Source: an uncultured Carnobacteriaceae bacterium (lineage in GTDB: Bacteria > Bacillota > Bacilli > Lactobacillales > Aerococcaceae). Taken from it: a DNA stretch of 64,000 nt. Positions 13,696-22,916 of this stretch are shown piece after piece. Made by a program: the position numbers and the translations under genes. Location: NCBI GenBank assembly GCA_938039195.1, contig CALHVK010000115.1, forward strand, positions 4,882 through 68,881. Direction: 5' to 3'. The notes below the pieces were generated by a model that had not been told where the DNA came from, made no database searches, and saw only the letters and a program-made list of their open reading frames with translations. Each line of letters opens with the position of its first letter. Within the stretch, counting starts at the first letter, position 1.

Positions 13696-14424
13696 ATGGA
13701 AGCACTATGGTTAAGAAAAGAAAGCAATACAAGAGCGGTGATTTTATTTCATGCTTATACAGGAACGCCTGCGGATGTGAGAATGCTCGCGCAATTTCTA
13801 CATCGTCATGATTATGCAGTCTATGTTCCAGTATTTTCTGGCCATGGAACTCCAGATGTTGAAGATATCTTGGCAAGTTCTCCTGAGGCTTGGTATGAAG
13901 ATGCTAAACGTGCTGTCGACTTTGTTCGAGGACAAGGCTACCACACACTTAGTGCCTTTGGGTTGTCAATGGGTGGCATTATGGCGACTAAATTAGCAAC
14001 CGAACATCTAGTGGAATATGCAGGAACTTTTTGTTCGCCAGTGTCTTCCGGGAATCCTCAGTTGCCAGGACTGCTTCAAAGTTTTATGATGTATGCGAAG
14101 GCGTCTTATAGAAATGTAGGACGACCATTTGATGAAGCTGAAATGAAGGAAAAAGCACAAAAACAATTAGCACAAATTCAATCATTTGCAGGAGAAGTTG
14201 CTTCGAAATTAGACGAAGTGACAGGAAGTTTTTATATTGCACAAGGGGAACAAGATACACTTGTCGATCCAGAGTCTTCTCTTGAATTAAAAGAGGGGCT
14301 CATTAACGCACAAGTGGAGTTACATTGGTATGAAGAAGCAGGGCACGTGATTACGGTTAGTCCTGTTAGAAAGGAATTCCAAGAGACTGTTCTCTCTTTT
14401 CTAAATCAACAAGAATGGAGGTAA
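13696..14424 (+). CDS. Carboxylesterase (alpha/beta hydrolase, YvaK/Est type)
   Basis: HAYTG, GLSMGG nucleophile elbow, D and H catalytic positions; ATG 13696 follows GAGGAG (start revised from ORF track). Confidence 0.88.
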   Translation: MEALWLRKESNTRAVILFHAYTGTPADVRMLAQFLHRHDYAVYVPVFSGHGTPDVEDILASSPEAWYEDAKRAVDFVRGQGYHTLSAFGLSMGGIMATKLATEHLVEYAGTFCSPVSSGNPQLPGLLQSFMMYAKASYRNVGRPFDEAEMKEKAQKQLAQIQSFAGEVASKLDEVTGSFYIAQGEQDTLVDPESSLELKEGLINAQVELHWYEEAGHVITVSPVRKEFQETVLSFLNQQEWR

Positions 14425-14428
14425 AGAA

Positions 14429-16723
14429 ATGAGACAATCATTAGAAGAAATCTTAATGGCTTTCTTTATGGAACATGAATCTGAAAGTTTTTTTGTTCAA
14501 GAAATTAGTGAGCATTTCGGATTTACTGCTTCAAAGGACTTTAAGATTTTAGTGAAACAATTAGCTGACCTCGAAGATTCTGGAAAAATTGTATTAACAC
14601 GACAAGGTAAATTTGGATTCAATCAAAAAAATCGTACGTTAGAAGGAACATTCCGATTAAACGATAAAGGATTTGGTTTTGTCACAGTTGAAGAAGGCAA
14701 ACCAGATATTTTTATTCCAAGAACGGATGTCCATGGCGCTATGGATGGAGACAAAGTTGCGATTCGTATCGTTCAAGAAGAAAATCCTTATAACGATAAA
14801 GCCGCAAGCGGAACGATTGTAAAAATCTTAGAACGCGCTGTGAAGCAAGTGGTGGGGATTTATACACGTTATCCATCGAAGATTATGATGCAAACAGGCT
14901 ATTGTGGCGAAATTGCGTTAAAAGATTCTAAATTAAAGAAAACGAAATGTTATGTGACTAGAAAGGGATTAAACCCAGTTGACGGAACCGTCGTGATTGC
15001 CGAAGTTGACAGTTATGAAACAGAGCGTCACGAACTCGTCTTGAAGGCGCATATCGTCAAAGAAATCGGCTATAAAGACGCTGTCGGTATGGATATTTTA
15101 ATGATTTTACATCAATTAAAAATCCCAACAGTATTCCCAGACTCAGTATTAGAGGAAGCGAACCGCGTGAGTGAAACAATCTCACCGGAAGAACTCGAAG
15201 GGCGTGTGGATTTACGCCAAGAATTAACCGTAACGATTGACGGAGCAGATGCCAAAGACTTAGATGATGCGGTAGCTCTTGTCAAACGCGAAGATGGAAC
15301 CTTTGTATTAACGGTATCCATCGCCGACGTTTCTTATTATGTAACGGAAAATTCCGAAATGGATAAGGAAGCATTTGAACGTGGAACGAGTGTGTATTTA
15401 ACGGACCGTGTTGTTCCAATGTTACCGCAACGCTTATCCAACGGAATCTGCTCGCTTCATCCATATGAAGAGCGATTAACGTTAACAGCCCGCATGGAAA
15501 TCGACCGTAGCGGAACGATTTACCAGCATGAGATTTTCCCAAGTGTGATTCAATCAAACGAGCGATTAACTTATGATGAAGTGAATGTATTATTCAATAC
15601 GAATGAAGCTTCTGAAAAAATCACTCCAGAAATTGAAGAAATGCTATGGAACATGAAGGAATTACATACGATTTTAGAGCGTAGACGCATGGAACGTGGA
15701 GCGATTGACTTTGATACACAAGAAGCAAAAATTCTTGTGGATGAAAAAGGAGCGCCGACAGAAATTGTACTACGTGAACGTGGCGTAGCAGAGCGACTCA
15801 TTGAGTCCTTTATGCTTGCGGCGAATGAAACAGTGGCTTCTCACTATGAACAATTGAAGGTACCATTTATCTATCGTGTTCACGAAAATCCAGATAGCGA
15901 AAAACTCCAACGATTCTTAGAGTTTATTACAGCATTTGGAATTACGATTAAAGGGAAGAATGATTCCATTACACCGAAGAAATTGCAAAAAGCATTAAAC
16001 GAAGTACGTGGTGAACCATATGAAGCGGTAGTATCGACGATGATGCTTCGTTCTATGAAACAAGCGAAGTACGATATCACGCCAACAGGACACTATGGAC
16101 TGGCAGCGGAAGACTATACGCACTTCACGTCGCCAATTCGTCGTTATCCTGACTTGATCGTCCATCGTATGATTCGTCATTACGGAAAACACCCAGGTCA
16201 TTTATCGAAGAAAGAAGAAACACTTCTGGAAGATAAATTACAACAAATTGCAGACCAATCTTCTCGTATGGAACGACTTGCAGTACAAGCTGAACGCGAT
16301 GTGAATGCATTGAAAAAAGCTGAATACATGCAAGATAAGGTTGGCGAGGAATTCGATGGTATCGTAAGCTCTGTTACAAAATTTGGGATGTTTGTCGAGT
16401 TAGCCAATACCGTAGAAGGATTAATTCATATTTCTCACTTGAAGCAAGACTACTTCAACTTTATTGAAAGCCACATGATTTTACTTGGAGAACGTACAGG
16501 CGTAAGTTATCGTATCGGTGACCGTGTTCGTGTGAAATGTGTGAAAGTAGATGTGGAAGCTAGAGAAGTCGATTTCCTACTCGTAGAAGATGCAAAACTT
16601 GCCAAAACAGAACGTCCAAGAAAAGGCGATTTCTTTGATGAAAAGTCTTCTAAGAAGGGTAAAAAATCAAAAGGTCGCCAACGCTTTAAAAAAGCGATTA
16701 AAACGAAAAAGAAAAGACGCTAG
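14429..16723 (+). CDS. rnr: Ribonuclease R
   Basis: TIDGADAKDLDDA, YTHFTSPIRRYPD, S1 domain, basic tail. Confidence 0.97.
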   Translation: MRQSLEEILMAFFMEHESESFFVQEISEHFGFTASKDFKILVKQLADLEDSGKIVLTRQGKFGFNQKNRTLEGTFRLNDKGFGFVTVEEGKPDIFIPRTDVHGAMDGDKVAIRIVQEENPYNDKAASGTIVKILERAVKQVVGIYTRYPSKIMMQTGYCGEIALKDSKLKKTKCYVTRKGLNPVDGTVVIAEVDSYETERHELVLKAHIVKEIGYKDAVGMDILMILHQLKIPTVFPDSVLEEANRVSETISPEELEGRVDLRQELTVTIDGADAKDLDDAVALVKREDGTFVLTVSIADVSYYVTENSEMDKEAFERGTSVYLTDRVVPMLPQRLSNGICSLHPYEERLTLTARMEIDRSGTIYQHEIFPSVIQSNERLTYDEVNVLFNTNEASEKITPEIEEMLWNMKELHTILERRRMERGAIDFDTQEAKILVDEKGAPTEIVLRERGVAERLIESFMLAANETVASHYEQLKVPFIYRVHENPDSEKLQRFLEFITAFGITIKGKNDSITPKKLQKALNEVRGEPYEAVVSTMMLRSMKQAKYDITPTGHYGLAAEDYTHFTSPIRRYPDLIVHRMIRHYGKHPGHLSKKEETLLEDKLQQIADQSSRMERLAVQAERDVNALKKAEYMQDKVGEEFDGIVSSVTKFGMFVELANTVEGLIHISHLKQDYFNFIESHMILLGERTGVSYRIGDRVRVKCVKVDVEAREVDFLLVEDAKLAKTERPRKGDFFDEKSSKKGKKSKGRQRFKKAIKTKKKRR

Positions 16724-16734
16724 GAGGTTCGTGA

Positions 16735-17199
16735 ATGCCTAAAGGAACGAACGATAAAGTGCTCGCACAAAATCGAAAAGCAAGTCATGACTATACCATT
16801 CTTGAAACGATTGAAGCTGGGATGGTCTTAACTGGAACAGAAATCAAATCGGTTCGTCAAGCGCGTATCAATTTAAAAGATGGATACGTGAGCTTGAAGC
16901 AAGGAGAAGCTTTTCTTGTAGGTGTCCATATTAGTCCGTTTGAACAAGGGACACTGTTTAATCATGACCCATTAAGAACGAGAAAATTATTGCTTCATAA
17001 AAAGCAAATCAACTATTTACTTGAGCAAGTAAAGCAAGCCGGAAATACAGTAGTGCCGCTTAAGGTCTACATTAAAAACGGCGTAGCAAAGTTGTTAATC
17101 GGCGTTGCAAAAGGGAAGAAAAATTACGATAAGCGTGATGCCTTAAAGCAAAAGGATATGAAACGCGAAATCGATCGTGCAATGAAAGAACGATATTAA
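16735..17199 (+). CDS. smpB: SsrA-binding protein
   Basis: [37 protein letters not shown]. Confidence 0.98.
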   Translation: MPKGTNDKVLAQNRKASHDYTILETIEAGMVLTGTEIKSVRQARINLKDGYVSLKQGEAFLVGVHISPFEQGTLFNHDPLRTRKLLLHKKQINYLLEQVKQAGNTVVPLKVYIKNGVAKLLIGVAKGKKNYDKRDALKQKDMKREIDRAMKERY

Positions 17200-17204
17200 A
17201 GAGG

Positions 17205-17233
17205 AAAGGCTGGATGATTGTCCAGCCTTTTTT
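17205..17233 (+). terminator. Intrinsic terminator after smpB
   Basis: AAAGGCTGGA/TCCAGCCTTT stem plus T run. Confidence 0.85.
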
Positions 17234-17290
17234 GCATGCAAAAAATAGAACATTACCAAATATGGTAATGAATGATTCCAAAAAAAGAAT

Positions 17291-17312
17291 TTCGTTTCAT
17301 ATTCGTTTCATA
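17291..17312 (+). promoter_or_regulatory. 11-bp tandem direct repeat, putative OmpR-family (VncR) binding site
   Basis: TTCGTTTCATA-TTCGTTTCATA about 50 bp upstream of the vex1-like start. Confidence 0.55.
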
Positions 17313-17362
17313 TTGGAAGTGCAAACTAATAGTACAGAATAGGAAAGGAAGTGGGAGAGCAC

Positions 17363-18646
17363 ATGGATTGGAAGAGGAGAGCGGGTGCGTATCTTGTGCG
17401 CAAGAAGATTCGTACCGGAATATTATTTTTCATCATGATGCTAATTACAGCAGCCGTCTTGGCGGTACTCTCGATGCAGGAAAGTACAGGGAAGGTTCAA
17501 ACGAAGCTATTAGAATTATCCAATTCGGGATTTCAAATAGAATCGCTCTTACAAGATGGAAACATCGAACAAAAGAAATTGTCCCAAGTGGAACAAGTTG
17601 AGGGTGTGAAAGATGCGCAGTATGAATTTGATGGCATTGGTCAACTAGAAGACAGTAAAGCTGTTGAAAGAGAACAAGCGGTCCAACTCGATCAAGGGAA
17701 TATGGGAGAACTGGTGGGTTATCATGGGATCACCTCCAGTGATCAGGAGCTAAATTTTGCTAGCGGAGCGCTCAGTCTTAAAGAAGGGCGTGCGTTAACG
17801 AAGGACGATTCTGGAAAAGTACTTGTTCATGAAGAGCTTGCAAAAGAAAACAATTGGACTGTAGGAAGCAAGGTTAAATTAAAGAACTTCCAAAATGGAG
17901 ATGCCACTGTAAGCAGTAAAGAAGTTACAGTGGAAATCGTTGGGATTTTCAATGGGAAGTTATCGGAGCAATCGACAGGATTGACGAGTGACTTAACCGA
18001 AAATCGCATCTATATGGATTACAAAACGAGTCAATCATTAATCGGAAAAGAGGAATCGAATGCCATTGTTCATCGTGCGATTTTTACGGTGAAAGACCCA
18101 TCAGCATTAGAAGAAGTGATTACAAAAGTAAAAGAACTTCCTCTCAAGTGGGATGAGATGCAACTTTCTAAAAATGAACAAGTATTTGAACAGGTAGCCT
18201 CTCCTATTCAAAACTTCAAATCGCTTATGACATTGTTGACGAGCTCTGTATTTGTATTAGCAGTTATTGTTTTATTTTTAATTCTATTATTTACATTAAG
18301 AGAAAGAATTCATGAGTTTGGAATTTTGATGTCGGTCGGAATTTCAAGAAAAGAAATCATCGCGCAAATCTTATTAGAACTCTATACCGTTGCGGCAACG
18401 AGTTCGATTTTCGCTCTTATGTTGGGGAGTTTTGTAGCAAAACAATTTTACACTGGTCTCTTATCTTCGGATGAGATTCCACTTCAAGTGAAATCATTAT
18501 TTGAATCGAGCTTACCTGAATGGAGCCTTGTGCAAGGGGCGCTAACGATTGGCGTCGTACTGATCATTATTGCATTAGCAGTGCTATTTAGTACGGCCGT
18601 TATCTTAATGAAGAAACCGAAGAAAATTTTAAGTCAAATGAACTAA
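17363..18646 (+). CDS. vex1: ABC transporter permease, FtsX/MacB type (Vex1-like)
   Basis: AYLVRKK N-terminus, one TM, large extracellular domain, ERIHEFGILMSVG, three C-terminal TMs; vex-vnc gene order. Confidence 0.75.
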   Translation: MDWKRRAGAYLVRKKIRTGILFFIMMLITAAVLAVLSMQESTGKVQTKLLELSNSGFQIESLLQDGNIEQKKLSQVEQVEGVKDAQYEFDGIGQLEDSKAVEREQAVQLDQGNMGELVGYHGITSSDQELNFASGALSLKEGRALTKDDSGKVLVHEELAKENNWTVGSKVKLKNFQNGDATVSSKEVTVEIVGIFNGKLSEQSTGLTSDLTENRIYMDYKTSQSLIGKEESNAIVHRAIFTVKDPSALEEVITKVKELPLKWDEMQLSKNEQVFEQVASPIQNFKSLMTLLTSSVFVLAVIVLFLILLFTLRERIHEFGILMSVGISRKEIIAQILLELYTVAATSSIFALMLGSFVAKQFYTGLLSSDEIPLQVKSLFESSLPEWSLVQGALTIGVVLIIIALAVLFSTAVILMKKPKKILSQMN

Positions 18647-18657
18647 GGAGTGTTTTT

Positions 18658-19302
18658 ATGTCAGTATTATCATTAGAAAATATTTATTATCGATACGAGG
18701 ATTCTCAAAAATATGTATTGAATGATTTGAATGCTACTTTTGAAGAAGGAAAATTCTATGCTGTCGTTGGGAAATCAGGAGCAGGGAAATCGACTTTCTT
18801 ATCGCTATTAGCAGGGTTAGATAGCCCGACGAAAGGAAAAGTGTGTTTCAATGGGCAAGATATCGCGCAAGGGTCCTACAGTGAACACCGTCGCGACCAT
18901 ATTTGCTTAGTGTTCCAAAACTATAATTTAATCGATTATTTAACGCCGCTTGAAAATGTAAGACTCGTAAATGGAAAAGCAACCAAAGATATATTGTTGA
19001 AATTAGGATTAGGCGAAGAGTTAATTCATCGTAATGTATTGAAGCTATCAGGTGGGCAACAACAACGGGTTGCGATTGCTAGAGCACTTGTTTCAAAAGC
19101 GCCAATTATTTTAGCGGATGAACCCACTGGAAACCTTGACGAAGGAACAGCCGCAGAAATTATCGATATCTTAAAAATGGCAGCACATGAAAGCGGAAAA
19201 TGCGTCATCGTAGTGACTCACAGCCCACAAGTAGCTGCTGCGAGTGATGAAGTGTTGGAATTAGAAGATGGAAAACTAAAGAAAGCAAGAGGGGTAAAAT
19301 AA
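18658..19302 (+). CDS. vex2: ABC transporter ATP-binding protein (Vex2-like)
   Basis: GKSGAGKST, FQNYNLIDYLTPLEN, LSGGQQQR, ADEPTGNLD. Confidence 0.85.
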   Translation: MSVLSLENIYYRYEDSQKYVLNDLNATFEEGKFYAVVGKSGAGKSTFLSLLAGLDSPTKGKVCFNGQDIAQGSYSEHRRDHICLVFQNYNLIDYLTPLENVRLVNGKATKDILLKLGLGEELIHRNVLKLSGGQQQRVAIARALVSKAPIILADEPTGNLDEGTAAEIIDILKMAAHESGKCVIVVTHSPQVAAASDEVLELEDGKLKKARGVK

Positions 19303-20679
19303 ATGAATATCATACAAAATGCTTGGGCATATGTCTCAAGAAAAAAATTTAAAACCTTCATTATTTTCTTTATTTTATTTAGTATGGCAACGGTGGCTCT
19401 AAGTAGTTTAGCCGTAAAACATGCAACGGATACCGCTGCAAAAGAAACGTTTAAGTCGATTAATTCTTCGTTCTCGATGCAAATTGACCGCAGACATAAT
19501 CAAGGGACTGCTCGTGGGGGTGGAAACTTAAAAGGAAAAGATATTCAAGCGATTGAAGGAATTGAAGGGGTTCAAAAGGCAGTTAAACGAATGGAAGTCG
19601 TAGCGGACCTCGTGGATCAAGAATTGATTCCAGCAAAAGGAGTTCGTCTTGACGCAACTCGCCAACAACGTTTCGGGAAAGCCGCTCAGGTAACAGGAAT
19701 TAATGATTCCAGCATGGACGAACGATTTGCCGCACAAACCTTCACACTAACAGAAGGTCGCCATATTAAGGATGACGATACCAATGTGGCATTAGTGCAC
19801 GAAGACTTTGCTAAGAAAAATAATTTAAAAGTTGGCGATAAGTTTAAGTTGAAATCGAATATTTATGATGCAGATAATGAAAAGCAAGCCAATAACCAAA
19901 CCGAAGTGACGATTGTTGGATTGTTTGGTGGGAAGAATAAAGGTGGAGTAACAGCGCCACAAGAATTATATGAGAACACCATTTTAACGGACTTGAAGAC
20001 AAGTGCTTTAATGTATGGTTATACAGATGCGGATGCAATTTATTTAGATGCTACTTTCCTTGTTGGTGGTCAATACGACATCGATAAGGTGATGGAACAA
20101 GCGAAGAAATTAGGGATTAACTGGAAGGCGTATACGCTCATTAAGAGTAGCCAAAACTACCCAACACTTCAAAAATCAATTAATCTAGTATATGGATTAA
20201 CAGACAAACTATTCCTTGGAAGTCTGATTTTCTCTGCGATTATTTTAGTGCTCATTCTCTTCTTATGGACAAACAGCCGCAGAAGAGAAATCGGTGTCCG
20301 TCTAGCGCTTGGAATGACGAACAAAACGATTATTGCACAAATGCTGTGCGAAGTAGGAATGGTCAGCATTGCCAGCTTTATCGCTGCGATTCTAGCAGGG
20401 GGACCTGTCAGCGAATGGGTTGGAAAACTCATTTTAGGCCAAGTCAATAGTAGTCTTGGAACTCAACTGGCAAACGAAGCTAAATCAGCCAACCTTGGTG
20501 GTGGAGCAGCAGTGGATGGTTTCAATAAGACATTGACAGAATTATCGGTAACAGTATCCAATATGGACAAAGCAACGGTTGTTGGACTTGGACTTGTAGT
20601 CATTGTTATTGCAGTTCTTCTAGGAAGCGTGTTTATTTTACAAAAATCTCCGAAGAGTTTATTACAAGATACAGAATAA
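19303..20679 (+). CDS. vex3: ABC transporter permease (Vex3-like)
   Basis: SFSMQIDRRHNQGTARGGGNLKG and NLGGGAAVDGFNKTL recognised as similar to pneumococcal Vex3. Confidence 0.82.
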   Translation: MNIIQNAWAYVSRKKFKTFIIFFILFSMATVALSSLAVKHATDTAAKETFKSINSSFSMQIDRRHNQGTARGGGNLKGKDIQAIEGIEGVQKAVKRMEVVADLVDQELIPAKGVRLDATRQQRFGKAAQVTGINDSSMDERFAAQTFTLTEGRHIKDDDTNVALVHEDFAKKNNLKVGDKFKLKSNIYDADNEKQANNQTEVTIVGLFGGKNKGGVTAPQELYENTILTDLKTSALMYGYTDADAIYLDATFLVGGQYDIDKVMEQAKKLGINWKAYTLIKSSQNYPTLQKSINLVYGLTDKLFLGSLIFSAIILVLILFLWTNSRRREIGVRLALGMTNKTIIAQMLCEVGMVSIASFIAAILAGGPVSEWVGKLILGQVNSSLGTQLANEAKSANLGGGAAVDGFNKTLTELSVTVSNMDKATVVGLGLVVIVIAVLLGSVFILQKSPKSLLQDTE

Positions 20680-20713
20680 AAATGCTTAGGGCCTAGTCTC
20701 ATAGCGAATAGAT

Positions 20714-20722
20714 TGATATAAT
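20714..20722 (+). promoter_or_regulatory. Extended -10 promoter for vncRS
   Basis: TG-A-TATAAT in the 53-bp gap before the response regulator. Confidence 0.55.
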
Positions 20723-20741
20723 AGTAAAAGAGGTGATGGTT

Positions 20742-21392
20742 TTGAATTTGCTAATCGTAGAAGATGAGGCAGCGATTCGCGAAGGCGTTCGAGAATACTT
20801 ATCAGAGCAAGGCTTTCATGTATTTACAGCAGAAGACGGTGTCGTTGCTCTTGAAGTCTTTCAAAAAGAATCGATTGATTTAATCTTACTAGACATTATG
20901 ATGCCGCGTAAGAATGGCTTTGAAGTGTTAGAAGAGGTGCGTAAAACTAGTAAAGTTCCTATTCTAATGCTGACAGCACTTCATGACGAAGAGACACAAG
21001 TGAGAACCTTTGAGTTACTCGTTGATGGATTTATTCAAAAACCTTTTTCCCTCGTCGTCTTGCATAAGCAGATTGAAGCCGTATTGAAACGTTATTACGG
21101 AGAAATGAATGTTTGGAATTACAATACAACGAGCGTGAACTTTACAAGTTTTGAAGCAAGAGTGGACGGACAAATTGTGGATGTGACGGCTAAGGAACTT
21201 GCAGTTTTGAAGTTACTCGTAGAACATCAAGGCCAAGTGTTGAGTCGCTCTCAAATATTGGATCACGTGTGGGCAGCCCATGAAGATCCACCTTTTGACC
21301 GTGTTGTGGATGTGTATATCAAACAATTACGAAAAAAATTATTGTTGGATTGTATCGTGACCGTTAAAAATGTCGGATATAAGTTGGAGTAA
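20742..21392 (+). CDS. vncR: OmpR-family response regulator (VncR-like); start TTG 20742, alternatives 20733/20736
   Basis: LIVEDE, LDIMMP, KPFS, PFDRVVDVYIKQLRKKL..DCIVTVKNVGY similar to VncR. Confidence 0.85.
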   Translation: MNLLIVEDEAAIREGVREYLSEQGFHVFTAEDGVVALEVFQKESIDLILLDIMMPRKNGFEVLEEVRKTSKVPILMLTALHDEETQVRTFELLVDGFIQKPFSLVVLHKQIEAVLKRYYGEMNVWNYNTTSVNFTSFEARVDGQIVDVTAKELAVLKLLVEHQGQVLSRSQILDHVWAAHEDPPFDRVVDVYIKQLRKKLLLDCIVTVKNVGYKLE

Positions 21393-21394
21393 AA

Positions 21395-22726
21395 ATGAGA
21401 AAATTAAAACTGTTTCCCAAGATTTTTATTTATACGTTGAGTATTTTAGGTACGCTTGTGGTGATTGCGCATCTGTTTTTATACTTTGCATTTCCGCACT
21501 TTTATTTGCAAGAACGTCAGCAAGAACTAAGTCGTAAAGCAGATATTTTAGTGGAAAGTTTATCGCAAGTGGATGAACAAGGTGCGGCCTCTGCCTTGCA
21601 GGTATATGCTAAAAATGAGGGGATTACAGCTTATTTAAAGAAAGAATCGACGGGTGAAAATTTACAGCTTGGGACCGAATTGCCGATTGATGAAAATAGT
21701 AGTCAAAACTCGGTCATTATCGAAGATCGCCAAGTGACCACTAAAGATGGCAAGCAGATGCAACTGCAAGTGGTTACGACAACAGAGTCTGTAAAACAGG
21801 CCACAAAAGTAACCTTCAGCTATCTGCCATTATCGCTTGCGATATCGATAGTTACAGCAGTGATTTTCTCGTATATTTACGCTAGGAAATTATCAAAACC
21901 GTTGATGCAAATGTCTAGAGTCACTCAGAAAATGATGGAATTGGATAGAGATGCGCGTTTTGTGAATCCAAGATCCGATGAAATTGGACAAATGGAAACG
22001 CAAATCAATGAGTTGTACGAACATTTATTGTCCGTGATTGATGAACTAGAAGAGAAGAACCAAAAGATGATTCAACTTGAAAAAACAAAGGTGAATTTCC
22101 TACGGAGTGCTTCTCACGAACTTAAAACGCCGTTAGCGAGTCTTCGTATTTTATTAGAGAATATGAGTCTTAATGTCGGTAAATATAAGGACCGTGATAC
22201 TTATTTAGCAGAATCCATAGGAAAAGTGGACCAAATGTCTGACTTGGTCCAAGAGATTCTAGAGCTTTCTAAATTGCAAGAAGAAACCTTGACGAAAGAA
22301 CCCATTGCATTAGAAAAGGTTCTACCTGAGTGGAATAAAGAGTTTCAATTATTGTCTCAAGAAAAGGGGCTAAAGATTCAAACAGCATTAGAACCTCTAA
22401 CGATTGAGGCGAATCCAATCGCATTTCGAAATGTGTGGAATAATCTTTTGATGAATGCGATTAAACATTCAACGAGAGAAGGAGTCATTCAAATTCAATT
22501 AGCCGACCAAGTGTTGACGATTGAAAATCCATGTTTGCCTCTAACGAAAGAGCAAATAGAGACAGCCTTCTCCTTATTGCCTTCCTCTAAAGGAACGACC
22601 GGTGGAGGAAATGGAGTGGGACTCTACAGCGTAGACCAACTACTTAAACGAGAAGGCATTTCACATCGCTTCTTTGCAACAGAGGACGGAATGTGCTTTG
22701 AAATGGATTTAAAAACAATATCGTAA
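21395..22726 (+). CDS. vncS: Sensor histidine kinase (VncS-like)
   Basis: Two TMs, HAMP, ASHELKTPL H-box, NLLMNAIKH N-box, GxGxGL; follows vncR. Confidence 0.85.
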   Translation: MRKLKLFPKIFIYTLSILGTLVVIAHLFLYFAFPHFYLQERQQELSRKADILVESLSQVDEQGAASALQVYAKNEGITAYLKKESTGENLQLGTELPIDENSSQNSVIIEDRQVTTKDGKQMQLQVVTTTESVKQATKVTFSYLPLSLAISIVTAVIFSYIYARKLSKPLMQMSRVTQKMMELDRDARFVNPRSDEIGQMETQINELYEHLLSVIDELEEKNQKMIQLEKTKVNFLRSASHELKTPLASLRILLENMSLNVGKYKDRDTYLAESIGKVDQMSDLVQEILELSKLQEETLTKEPIALEKVLPEWNKEFQLLSQEKGLKIQTALEPLTIEANPIAFRNVWNNLLMNAIKHSTREGVIQIQLADQVLTIENPCLPLTKEQIETAFSLLPSSKGTTGGGNGVGLYSVDQLLKREGISHRFFATEDGMCFEMDLKTIS

Positions 22727-22731
22727 GAATG

Positions 22732-22764
22732 AACGAGTTACCGAAAGTGGTAACTCGTTTTTTT
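22732..22764 (+). terminator. Intrinsic terminator after vncS
   Basis: AACGAGTTACC/GGTAACTCGTT stem plus T run. Confidence 0.88.
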
Positions 22765-22844
22765 ATTTGGGAGCGATTCGCTACTTTTGGACGAGATTCC
22801 AATAATTAAAAGAAAAAAATAGAGAAATTAGCAAAAAAAATCAC

Positions 22845-22881
22845 AAAAAACGCTTACATTTAAAGCGTTTTCGTGTATAAT
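22845..22881 (+). promoter_or_regulatory. pckA promoter overlapped by two cre-like sites
   Basis: CTTACA-17bp-TATAAT; AAAAAACGCTTACA (reverse TGTAAGCGTTTTTT) and TTAAAGCGTTTTCG resemble the CcpA cre consensus and form an inverted repeat. Confidence 0.6.
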
Positions 22882-22916
22882 TAAGTTATCAATAAAAAGA
22901 TAGGAAGGTTGATATT

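Noticed and set aside
17200..17362. tmRNA gene after smpB
   Set aside because: The gap is about 160 bp and holds a terminator and promoter; no GGGG...CCACCA tRNA-like ends
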